From the NCBI GenBank assembly GCA_963702005.1, contig OY969696.1, positions 3,840,001-3,904,000 of the forward strand: a stretch of 64,000 nt of DNA, written 5' to 3'. The notes under the pieces were generated by a model. The model was not told where the DNA came from. It was given only the letters and a program-made list of their open reading frames with translations, and searched no databases. Position numbers and translations under genes: made by a program. The stretch comes from Candidatus Aminicenantes bacterium. Lineage in GTDB: Bacteria > Acidobacteriota > Aminicenantia > Aminicenantales > JAFGBC01. The stretch's first letter is position 1, and each line of letters opens with the position of its first letter. This document shows positions 56,141 to 64,000 of the stretch, piece after piece.

Positions 56141-56993
56141 TCCGGAGGAAGGTGCCGTTCCGGTATTCGCGGAAGGCTTGCTCAAGCTCTTCATCGGTGT
56201 TCATGACGATGGGGCCGCGCCAGGCGATGGGCTCCTTGAGGGACGCCCCGCAGAGAAGGAGAAAGCGGAGGGGCGCTTCCCCCGCCTCGATGACGGCCGT
56301 TTCGCCGTCCCGGTAGAGCACGCAGTGGAGGGGCGAGACCTTAGTCTTGTGTTCGGGATCGAACGTCCCCTCGCCCTCAAAAACATAGGCGAAGGCGTTT
56401 TGACCCGACGGAAGCCGGGGCTCGAAGCGGCCTCCGGCGGCGATCGTGACATCCAGGCAGCTGATTTCGTCGACGATATCCCGGACCGGGCCTTGGGTCC
56501 GGCCCTGGCGTCCGGCGATGATTCTCGCCTCGACTCCCCTCGCCGGCTCGACGAGGGGGACATCCTCGGCCCTGACGTCGCGGTAGCGCGGGTCCATCAT
56601 CTTGCTGTTCCGCGGCAGGTTGACCCACAGCTGGAACCCGCCCATCCGGCCCTTGATCGGCTTCGGCATCTCCTGGTGGATGATCCCGTTCCCGGCCGTC
56701 ATCCACTGGATCTGGCCGGGCCCGATCACGCCCTTATTCCCCAAGCTGTCGCCGTGCTCGACCTCGCCCCGGAGCATGTAGGTCACGGTCTCGATCCCTC
56801 GATGGGGATGCCAGGGAAAGCCGGCCAGGTAGTCCTCGGGGTTATCGGAGCGGAAGTCGTCCAGCATCAGGAACGGGTCGAAGAGGGGGATTTGCCTGTA
56901 GCCGAACACCCGGTTGAGATGGACCCCGGCGCCCTCCTCGGTCGGTTGGGCCTTGAAAATATGGGCGATGGCTCTGTGTTTCTTCATGCCCAT
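56136..56993 (-). CDS. Pirin family protein
   Basis: 'DPFLMLD', 'GFPWHPHRGIETVTY', 'WMTAGNGIIHQEMP', 'QLWVNLP', 'GPIVMN'. Confidence 0.95.
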   Translation of the reverse strand: MGMKKHRAIAHIFKAQPTEEGAGVHLNRVFGYRQIPLFDPFLMLDDFRSDNPEDYLAGFPWHPHRGIETVTYMLRGEVEHGDSLGNKGVIGPGQIQWMTAGNGIIHQEMPKPIKGRMGGFQLWVNLPRNSKMMDPRYRDVRAEDVPLVEPARGVEARIIAGRQGRTQGPVRDIVDEISCLDVTIAAGGRFEPRLPSGQNAFAYVFEGEGTFDPEHKTKVSPLHCVLYRDGETAVIEAGEAPLRFLLLCGASLKEPIAWRGPIVMNTDEELEQAFREYRNGTFLRK

Positions 56994-57601
56994 CAACTCT
57001 TCTCCCGCCACTCCTTTAAAAGCGACAACATCAGCTTGGCGTTCTCGGCGTTGTAGCCGCCCGTCATCAGCTTGTTGAAGTCCTCGGGATAGCGCTCGCT
57101 CACCCAGGTCGAGAACGGCTCGAACTTGCTCGTGAACAGCTCCTGGCCTTCGGGAGTCTCTTCGATCTTGACTCGTTCGATCAAGCTGTCCCGGAACGTC
57201 ACCGTCGCCTTGGCGAAGTCCGCCTGAATCCCCAGCAGCCGGAACGACTCGTTGATCTCCGATGTCCGAAGGACGACCGTCGTTCCGTCGATTTTGAGGT
57301 CGAGGATATCGACCTGAGACTGGTTGACGGCGTCGAATTCGAACAGGTCGCGCAGTTGCTCTTTCCCCGCGATCTTTGTGTCGTCCATCTCGAATACGGC
57401 GTCGTCCGTGTAGAAGGCCAGAAGTTTCTCGATGTCGTGCTTCTTCATGACCTGGAAGCAATCCCGGGTGATTTTCGTCAAATCCGGCTTGGCGGGCGGC
57501 GCTGTCTCCTCCTGGCCGCGAACGGCGGATGACGACGGGCCATAAACGACAAGCAACAAGAAAACGATCCCAACGGGAAATCCAAAGGTTTTTTTGCTCA
57601 C
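56993..57601 (-). CDS. Secreted NTF2/SnoaL-like domain protein
   Basis: GTG start after AAGGAAGG; signal peptide; 'HDIEKLLAFYTDDAVF...GKEQLR'. Confidence 0.75.
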   Translation of the reverse strand: MSKKTFGFPVGIVFLLLVVYGPSSSAVRGQEETAPPAKPDLTKITRDCFQVMKKHDIEKLLAFYTDDAVFEMDDTKIAGKEQLRDLFEFDAVNQSQVDILDLKIDGTTVVLRTSEINESFRLLGIQADFAKATVTFRDSLIERVKIEETPEGQELFTSKFEPFSTWVSERYPEDFNKLMTGGYNAENAKLMLSLLKEWREKS

Positions 57602-57779
57602 GGGGCCTTCCTTATGGTCTTCGTCATTTATACCTTGCGAAAATGGCGGCGTCAAGCCGCGACGCAAACGCGCGGGGGGCGAAAAGGGACATGGTTAAGC
57701 GTCACCATTAAGCCGCGGGATCCGCTCTCGCCGCTTGACGGAATCGCCCAAAGGTGGTATCAAAAAAAAGGAGGTCGCC

Positions 57780-58553
57780 ATGAAAAGAGGGTTTCTGAAA
57801 ACATCGGTCTTAGCATCCTTGCTCATCTTTGCCGCGTTCGGCTGGGCGGCGGCGCAGGAATTAAAAACCATCAAGCTCAACGCGCCGAACAAGAAACGAG
57901 GGCTTCCCGTCATGGAGGCCTTGTCGGTCAGGGCCTCCGTCAGGGAATGGTCCGATAAGGACCTGAGCCTCCAGGATCTGTCCGACCTGCTCTGGGCGGC
58001 CAACGGCATCAACCGCCCCGACAGCGGGAAGCGTACGGCCTCATCGGCCATGAACGCCCAGGATGTCGACATCTACATCTTCATGAAGGACGGCGCCTAC
58101 CTGTATGACGCCGCTCAACACGCGTTGAATCCCGTGGCCGGCGGAGACTACCGGACGGAGATAACCATGCGGCCGCCAGGGGGTCCGGGCGGCCCTCCGG
58201 GCGCCAAACCGGAAGGCCCGCCGCCGACTCCGCCCGCCAAACCCGAGGGCCCTCCGGGAGCTCCGCCGGGAGGAGGGCCGGGCGGTCCGCCATCGCCCGC
58301 GCCGATTCAGCTGATTCTTGTCTCGGACATATCCCGCTTCAGCCGCGGAGAGCAGGCGCAAAAACTGGAATGGGCGAACATCGATACCGGGATCGTTTCC
58401 CAAAACATCTCTCTGTTTTGCGCGGCGACCGGGGTCGCCACCAGGCCGCGCGCCGGCATGAACAAAGACCTCATCAAAAGCCTGCTGAAACTCAAGGACA
58501 CCCAATACCCGATCTTGAACCATCCGGTCGGCTATCCAAAAGCGGCTTCCTGA
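57780..58553 (+). CDS. Exported nitroreductase / SagB-like flavoprotein with Pro/Gly-rich insertion
   Basis: RBS GGAGG; signal peptide; 'RASVRE...LSDLLWAANGINR...RTASSAMNAQ', 'DTGIVSQNISLFCAA', 'HPVGYP'. Confidence 0.85.
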   Translation: MKRGFLKTSVLASLLIFAAFGWAAAQELKTIKLNAPNKKRGLPVMEALSVRASVREWSDKDLSLQDLSDLLWAANGINRPDSGKRTASSAMNAQDVDIYIFMKDGAYLYDAAQHALNPVAGGDYRTEITMRPPGGPGGPPGAKPEGPPPTPPAKPEGPPGAPPGGGPGGPPSPAPIQLILVSDISRFSRGEQAQKLEWANIDTGIVSQNISLFCAATGVATRPRAGMNKDLIKSLLKLKDTQYPILNHPVGYPKAAS

Positions 58554-58589
58554 CCGTCCGACCCCGGATAGAAAAGGACCGAGGCGGGG

Positions 58590-59744
58590 CTAACTCCCGA
58601 CCTTGACCCATCGCCCCGTCTTGGCGGACTCGACGGCCGCGTCGATGACGCACATCTCCTCGTGGCCCGTCCGGAAGTCGGGGAAGCGGACCTCGAAGGG
58701 CTTGCCGGCGCGTTTCGCCCCGAGGGCTTCGTAGTAGTCGCGAAAGAGATTGAAGACCGCGTCGTGATAGCCCATCGGATGGCCCGTGGGGAGGGCCGCG
58801 TATTTCCGGGTTTCCTCCGCCTGGAGCGCCGCGGACTCGTAAAAGACCTCGTTACCCCGGTCGCGGTGTCCGATCCAGAGGGCGTTGGGATGGACGTGGC
58901 TCCAGGCATAGGATTCCTTGGACCCGAAGATCTGGAGCTCGATGTCGACCTTGCGTCCGGCGGCCGCCTGGCAGGTCGTGAAATTCCCCCGGGCCCCGTT
59001 ATCCAGGCGGAGGAACATCGAGGCGTAGTCGTCGAGCTTGATCTCGACCTCCTCATAGTCGTCGGCTTTCTGGGAGCTGAAAGACAAGGGCCCGGATTTC
59101 GGCTTGCGGCGCCGCGGCAGGCAGGTGTGAAGCTCGGCCATGACCTCCGCGATCTTCCGCCCGGTGATGAACTGGACCAGGTCGCACCAGTGGCTCCCCA
59201 GGTCGGCGATGACGTTGGCGCCGCCCGCGACCTTGGGGTCCAAGCGCCATGAATAGTCCGTGTCGAAAAACAGCCAGTCTTGGAGGAAATGACCGAGGAA
59301 AGCCCGGACCTCCCCCAGCTCGCCGCGCCGAACCCGGGCGGCCGCTTCCTGGACGACCGGATAATACCTGTAGCAGAAGTTGATGGCGGTCAAAGTCTTG
59401 TGTCGGACCGCCAGCGAGACGAGCTCCGCGGATTCCTTCGAGTTGAGAGACAGCGGTTTTTCCGAAAGGACTTCCTTGCCGGCCAGGATGGCCTTGGTGT
59501 TGATGTCGAAATGGACGTTGTTGGGCGCGCAGTCGTGGACGACATCGATCGCGCGGTCCGCGATGAGCTCGTCCGCGTTCGCATAGACCTTGGGAATCTC
59601 GAGCCTATCGGCGGCCCTGCGGGCGAGGTCGCGATTCGTGTCGGCCACGGCCAGGACTTCGACCTCGACCATCCGACGCAGCATTTCGAGGTGGACCATC
59701 CCGATGTAGCCCGTGCCGATCAAGCCGACTTTGATTTTGGCCAT
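58590..59744 (-). CDS. Gfo/Idh/MocA family oxidoreductase
   Basis: 'VGLIGTGYIG', 'SEKPL', 'ADLGSHWCD'. Confidence 0.92.
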   Translation of the reverse strand: MAKIKVGLIGTGYIGMVHLEMLRRMVEVEVLAVADTNRDLARRAADRLEIPKVYANADELIADRAIDVVHDCAPNNVHFDINTKAILAGKEVLSEKPLSLNSKESAELVSLAVRHKTLTAINFCYRYYPVVQEAAARVRRGELGEVRAFLGHFLQDWLFFDTDYSWRLDPKVAGGANVIADLGSHWCDLVQFITGRKIAEVMAELHTCLPRRRKPKSGPLSFSSQKADDYEEVEIKLDDYASMFLRLDNGARGNFTTCQAAAGRKVDIELQIFGSKESYAWSHVHPNALWIGHRDRGNEVFYESAALQAEETRKYAALPTGHPMGYHDAVFNLFRDYYEALGAKRAGKPFEVRFPDFRTGHEEMCVIDAAVESAKTGRWVKVGS

Positions 59745-59867
59745 GGTGTCCTCCCGTCGGCCTCAGCATAACCCAATCGGCGCAGCGCGGTAAAGCCGAA
59801 AACGCGACATCGGCGACTGTCGTTGGACCAAGGATTTGGGCTATAATGGCGGAAAGCGAGGGTACCC

Positions 59868-60410
59868 ATGAAACTAGCGGACGTTAAAGCCATGAGGCGC
59901 CGGGCGGCCCATCTCCTCGACGCGGCCGGGATCGTCCTCCGACCCCGGGAAAAGAACGCGATCGAGATTTCGGATTTCGGCCTGGGCGACGTCGAGCGGC
60001 TCGGGCTCCTCGTCTTCGTCTACGAAAACAACGACACCTATTGCGCCAAGGAGATCGTCCTCCTTCCGCGCCAGATGTGCCCCGAGCACCGCCATCCTCT
60101 CATCAGCGAGCAAAACCCGGGGAAGCGGGAGACCTTCCGCTGCCGCTGGGGCACGGTCTATCTCTACGTGGACGGGGAACCCACGCCGAAGCCCAAGGCC
60201 AAGGTGCCGTCGGACTACGCGCCCTATATCACGGTCCGGCACGAAATCGTGCTGCGGGCGGGCGACCAATGCACGCTGCCGCCCGACTCGCTCCACTGGT
60301 TCCAGGCCGGGACCAAAGGAGCCGTGCTTTCCGAATTTTCCTCGACGAGCGTCGACGAGCGCGACGTCTGGACCGACCCGCGGCTGCGCCGGCTCCCCGA
60401 GATCGATTAA
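59868..60410 (+). CDS. D-lyxose/D-mannose family sugar isomerase (cupin)
   Basis: 'YCAKEIVL', 'CPEHRHP', 'KRETF', 'HWFQAG', 'SEFSSTS', 'TDPR'. Confidence 0.88.
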   Translation: MKLADVKAMRRRAAHLLDAAGIVLRPREKNAIEISDFGLGDVERLGLLVFVYENNDTYCAKEIVLLPRQMCPEHRHPLISEQNPGKRETFRCRWGTVYLYVDGEPTPKPKAKVPSDYAPYITVRHEIVLRAGDQCTLPPDSLHWFQAGTKGAVLSEFSSTSVDERDVWTDPRLRRLPEID

Positions 60411-60427
60411 CCGAAGCGGACAGCCGT

Positions 60428-61582
60428 ATGGCCCCCGTTATCGAGATCGGCGTTCCCGTCGAGGAGATCGAAGAGCGCCGGGCCCGGGTCGAGGCGGCCC
60501 GCCGCTTCGCGGCGCCCGACCGCGTCCCCGTCATCCCCGCCCTCGCCCACCGCTTCCTCGTCCCGAAAGTGGGCGTCCGCTTCAAGGATTACTACGCCGA
60601 CCCCGAGGTCATGCTCCGAACCCAGATCCTGGCCCAGAAATGGCTTATGGAGAACGTTCGCACCGACGCCTACGCGATCAGCGGCCCCTGGGTTGGCGCC
60701 TGGACCGACTTCCAAAATTCGTTCGAAGCGGGGAGCTTGGGCGTCGAGATCCTCTTTCCCGACGACGACATCCCCTGGGTCGGGCCCGGCTGGGTCAAGG
60801 ACAAAAAGGACCTCGAGCGGCTCGAAGGCATGGACTTCATCCGGTCCGGGATCAACGCCCGCCAGATCGCCTACCGCAAAGTCATGATCGTCGTCGCCGA
60901 AAAATATCCGGTCCGTTTCCGGGGCGGTCCGCTGTTCTATCCGGGGGCGAACCCGGCGCTGACCCACACCTCGGACGGGCCGTTCGGCGTCGCGGGCGAC
61001 CTCATGGGCAAGACCGAGATTTTCGTCGCCGTCAAGGAGCAACCCGATTTCGTGCGTGAGCTGCTGCGGATCGTGACCGACAAGCTCATCGCCTACCTGG
61101 ATTACTGCTGGAGGGAGGAGGCCCTCCCCGAGCCGCGCGACTTCGCCTGGACCGACGACCTGGCCGTTTCGCTCTCGGCCGCGACCTACCGCGAGATCGT
61201 CCTCCCCTATGAGAAAAAATTGCGGTTTCATTTCGACGGCCGGACGAGCCTCCATATGTGCGGCCGGAGCGACCATCTTCTCGAGATCTTCCGGGACGAG
61301 CTCCGCATCCATGAGCTGCAGGGCTTCGGCTACGAGGTCGGGCTGGAACGCATTCGGGACATTATGGGCGGGCGGGTCGTCCTCCTCGGGAACGTCAACC
61401 CGATGCTCATCCATTCCGGAACGCCGCAGGAGGTGAGGGAAGCGACGCGGCGGGTCATTGAGGTCCTGGGGCCGTCGCGGGGCCTCATCGTCCAGGACGG
61501 GAACAACATTCCGCCCGGCTCGCCGCTTGAGAACATCAACGCCATGATGGAGGCGGCCGAGATGTACGGCCGCTATGAATGA
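60428..61582 (+). CDS. Uroporphyrinogen decarboxylase (URO-D/MtaA) fold protein
   Basis: 'PDRVPV', 'GPFGVAGDLMG', 'LHMCG', 'LLGNVNP...GTPQEV...IPPGSPLENINAM'. Confidence 0.85.
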   Translation: MAPVIEIGVPVEEIEERRARVEAARRFAAPDRVPVIPALAHRFLVPKVGVRFKDYYADPEVMLRTQILAQKWLMENVRTDAYAISGPWVGAWTDFQNSFEAGSLGVEILFPDDDIPWVGPGWVKDKKDLERLEGMDFIRSGINARQIAYRKVMIVVAEKYPVRFRGGPLFYPGANPALTHTSDGPFGVAGDLMGKTEIFVAVKEQPDFVRELLRIVTDKLIAYLDYCWREEALPEPRDFAWTDDLAVSLSAATYREIVLPYEKKLRFHFDGRTSLHMCGRSDHLLEIFRDELRIHELQGFGYEVGLERIRDIMGGRVVLLGNVNPMLIHSGTPQEVREATRRVIEVLGPSRGLIVQDGNNIPPGSPLENINAMMEAAEMYGRYE

Positions 61583-62730
61583 AATGCACGAGAGAGAGCG
61601 GGAAAACGACTAACTCCATTGTCGACAGCCGGGATTTTCTAGCGCGGCTGTGGAGGCTCGAGAACGCCGAGCGGCCCGGGTTCCTGGTCGGCTACGTCGG
61701 GCCTCGCGTCAAGGGCGGGCGGCCCGTCCGGAGCGCCCTGTTCTCGACGGAGGGGACGGACACGGTTCGGGACCGCCTCCTCGACCCGGCCAAGTTCTTG
61801 CGCGCCCAGCTCGAGGAGATCGAGGGCCAGTCGGCTTTGCGCGGCGACTTGGTGCCCGCTCTTTGCCCGACGCTCGGCGTCATCGCCGTCCCCTCCGCGT
61901 TCGGGTGCGAGGTCGTCTGGTGGGAGAAGGATTTTCCGTCCGTCAGGGCCCTCGCGCTCGGCGACCTGAGCGAGGTCCGGGCGCTCAAGAGGCCGCGCGT
62001 CAGGGACGGCGAGCTCGGGCGCATCCTCGACACTACGCGCTTCTTTATCGAGCGCACGGAGGGCCGCCTCCCCATCCGTCTCGGGGACATCCAGGGCCCG
62101 ATCGACAACGCCGCCCTCATCCTTGGCCACACCGCGTTTCTCGAAGCCCTCGTCATCCGGCCCGCCGAAATCCATCGCCTCCTCGACATGGTCACGGACC
62201 TCATGATCGAATTCGTTCGAGCCCAGCGCGAGCTGTGCGCCCAGGCCGGCGTTGAGTTCGTACCCAGCGGATTCCAGCCTTGGATGCCTGACGGCTTGGG
62301 GCTGTCCGTGGCGAACGACGTCGGCGTCATGTTGTCGCCCGCTCAGCACGACGAGTTCGGCGTTCCTTATCTCAACCGGCTCTCGGACGAGTTCGGCGGC
62401 GTCTATATCCACTCCTGCGGCGACTGGACCCATCTCTTTCCCAGCCTCGAAAAAGTCCGCAACCTGCGCGGCCTCGAGTTCGGCGCCAGCGAGGCGCCCT
62501 ACGGAAAGGTTCTCGACCGCTTCGGCGGAAAGACCGTCCTCGCCTGCCGGGTCGGCCTCCACCGTGACATCAAGTTCGCCGGCATGGCCGATTTTGTGCG
62601 ACGCATACTCGACGCGGCCCCCACGCCGCGGGGCCTGTTCGTCCACGTCGACGTCACCAACGGGCTCGTGGACGACGCCTGGCCCGAGACCGACCTTGAC
62701 GAGATATACCGTCTGCTCGAAAATTGCTAA
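61579..62730 (+). CDS. URO-D fold protein (divergent)
   Basis: 'DIQGPIDNAALILG', 'MLSPAQHDEF', 'IHSCG'; ATGA overlap with the upstream gene. Confidence 0.75.
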   Translation: MKCTRESGKTTNSIVDSRDFLARLWRLENAERPGFLVGYVGPRVKGGRPVRSALFSTEGTDTVRDRLLDPAKFLRAQLEEIEGQSALRGDLVPALCPTLGVIAVPSAFGCEVVWWEKDFPSVRALALGDLSEVRALKRPRVRDGELGRILDTTRFFIERTEGRLPIRLGDIQGPIDNAALILGHTAFLEALVIRPAEIHRLLDMVTDLMIEFVRAQRELCAQAGVEFVPSGFQPWMPDGLGLSVANDVGVMLSPAQHDEFGVPYLNRLSDEFGGVYIHSCGDWTHLFPSLEKVRNLRGLEFGASEAPYGKVLDRFGGKTVLACRVGLHRDIKFAGMADFVRRILDAAPTPRGLFVHVDVTNGLVDDAWPETDLDEIYRLLENC

Positions 62731-64000
62731 ATATAATGTTTGACGCGAGGCCAAAGCTCAAGGATCGATACCTTGAGGCCCCGGCAAATATAGATAGGGA
62801 GGTTGTTCTCGTAGGGCATGGCGAGGTCGCAGTGGGTCCGGGCCACCTCGGTCACCTCTCGGAAGCCTTGCCGATAGTCGTCCGCTTTTCCGCCGACGAT
62901 GATTAGGACTTCAATCGGCTTTTCGCCCGGCCCCCACAGCCAATAGTTGTTGTGGCCGCAAACGGCGGGCGGCAGGCCGATCTTGCGGCCGAAAAAGTTG
63001 ATAGCCGAGGCTTCGCCGTAGTTCTGGGTGTAGATACCGCAGTCCTTTCTATCCGCTTCGGGGAGTCCTTCATAGACCCGCGCCACGGCTTCCGTCATTT
63101 CCGGCCAACCGAACTGGTCGGCGAAATGCTGGGGCAGCGCTCCCATCTTGTGGCGCTCGGAGGAAACCATTCCGATACCGAGGCGACGGCTGTAAGCGAT
63201 GAATTTTTCGACGGGAAGGACGGGAAGGGCGAAGGGGGCGGTCGCAGCCCCGGTCGTCATGAGCAGGATGATGGAAACCGGCTTGATCCAGCTCCAGCGC
63301 GTTTTCAGGACGGCCCGCTCCAGGGCCAGGGCCCCGGCTGCCAGCATGACTGGATAGACAGGCGATAAATAATAGGTTTTCCCCCCCGAAAAAACAAAAA
63401 AGGCAAAAAGCGCGAGATAAGCCCAGCCGAAGACGCGGAACGGCTTGAGGACCGGGGAGAGCAGGAAGAAGAAGAGCCCGGCCAGGATAATGGGAAAAAT
63501 CAAAGGATGCGCCTCAAGGGCCTGGCTGCCCAAGAATTGAAGCGGCAGGAGCGGGGCGTTCTTATAAAGAACGGCGTTTCGATTGAGCTCAACGAAGGGA
63601 AGGCCGTGGCGGACCTGCCAGACCAGGTTGGGGATAAAAATAAGGAGCGCGAGGCCTCCCCCCGCCCAGGGCCAGACGCTCAGGAGACGTTTCCGGGCCG
63701 GCGAAAGGATGAGCCCGACTGCCAGGGCGGCTAGGAAAAAGGCGATGGAGTATTTATTCTGGAGGGCGATGCCGACGACGATCCCGAAAACGAGCCAGAG
63801 CTTGGGACGTTCGTCTTTCAAGATAATGATGAGGAAATAGGCCGCCATCGTCCAGAACAGGATGTCAAATGCGTTGTTGGTGAGGGCGCCCCCGAAGCCG
63901 AGAAGAACGGGCGAGAACAGAACCGACAGGGCGGCCAGCGCTTGTGCGAAGCGCCCCCCGCCGAGTTTGCGGACGATGAGGCCGGCCAGCACGACCGTGA
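62727..64000 (-). CDS. GT-C (ArnT/PMT, GT39/GT83-like) membrane glycosyltransferase; 5' truncated by window
   Basis: Multi-TM; 'GIALQNKY', 'PNLVWQ', 'KTYYLSPVYP', 'ADQFGW', 'NYGEASAI', 'HNNYWLWGP'. Confidence 0.82.
   Translation of the reverse strand, partial: TVVLAGLIVRKLGGGRFAQALAALSVLFSPVLLGFGGALTNNAFDILFWTMAAYFLIIILKDERPKLWLVFGIVVGIALQNKYSIAFFLAALAVGLILSPARKRLLSVWPWAGGGLALLIFIPNLVWQVRHGLPFVELNRNAVLYKNAPLLPLQFLGSQALEAHPLIFPIILAGLFFFLLSPVLKPFRVFGWAYLALFAFFVFSGGKTYYLSPVYPVMLAAGALALERAVLKTRWSWIKPVSIILLMTTGAATAPFALPVLPVEKFIAYSRRLGIGMVSSERHKMGALPQHFADQFGWPEMTEAVARVYEGLPEADRKDCGIYTQNYGEASAINFFGRKIGLPPAVCGHNNYWLWGPGEKPIEVLIIVGGKADDYRQGFREVTEVARTHCDLAMPYENNLPIYICRGLKVSILELWPRVKHYI

Overview
GC-rich bacterial chromosome segment from a diderm organism. 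The tandem 'MKCPKC...' Ser/Thr kinase-TPR genes and the glycoside hydrolase content suggest Acidobacteriota, probably Aminicenantia (inference). Housekeeping genes: rodZ-like fragment, ntrY/ntrX-like two-component pair, recO, tRNA-Ala(GGC), rbsK. Carbohydrate genes: two GH106 and one GH78 rhamnosidase, GH127-like, GH27, a two-module unclassified GH, an NCS1-like permease, a sugar isomerase, a Gfo/Idh/MocA dehydrogenase and two URO-D-fold proteins. Most notable structures: (1) a low-GC HUH/Y1 (RAYT-type) transposase between 11-bp inverted termini, each carrying a mirror-symmetric 16-bp junction duplication (7 bp of end + 9 bp of flank), plus dispersed GGGGTC/GGGGAC palindromic elements whose inverted symmetry extends into copy-specific flanks; (2) a ~9.5-kb integrase-less block of three mosaic receptor-like Ser/Thr kinase-TPR paralogues, bracketed by tRNA-Ala and a direct repeat of its 3' end plus trailer. 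Smaller oddities: an NtrX with degenerate GAFTGA, sensor II and R-finger motifs; a homopolymer frameshift in a VPS10-type gene; a probable non-canonical start codon; a likely in-frame deletion in a GH. All calls come from motif recognition by eye; no database searches were run.
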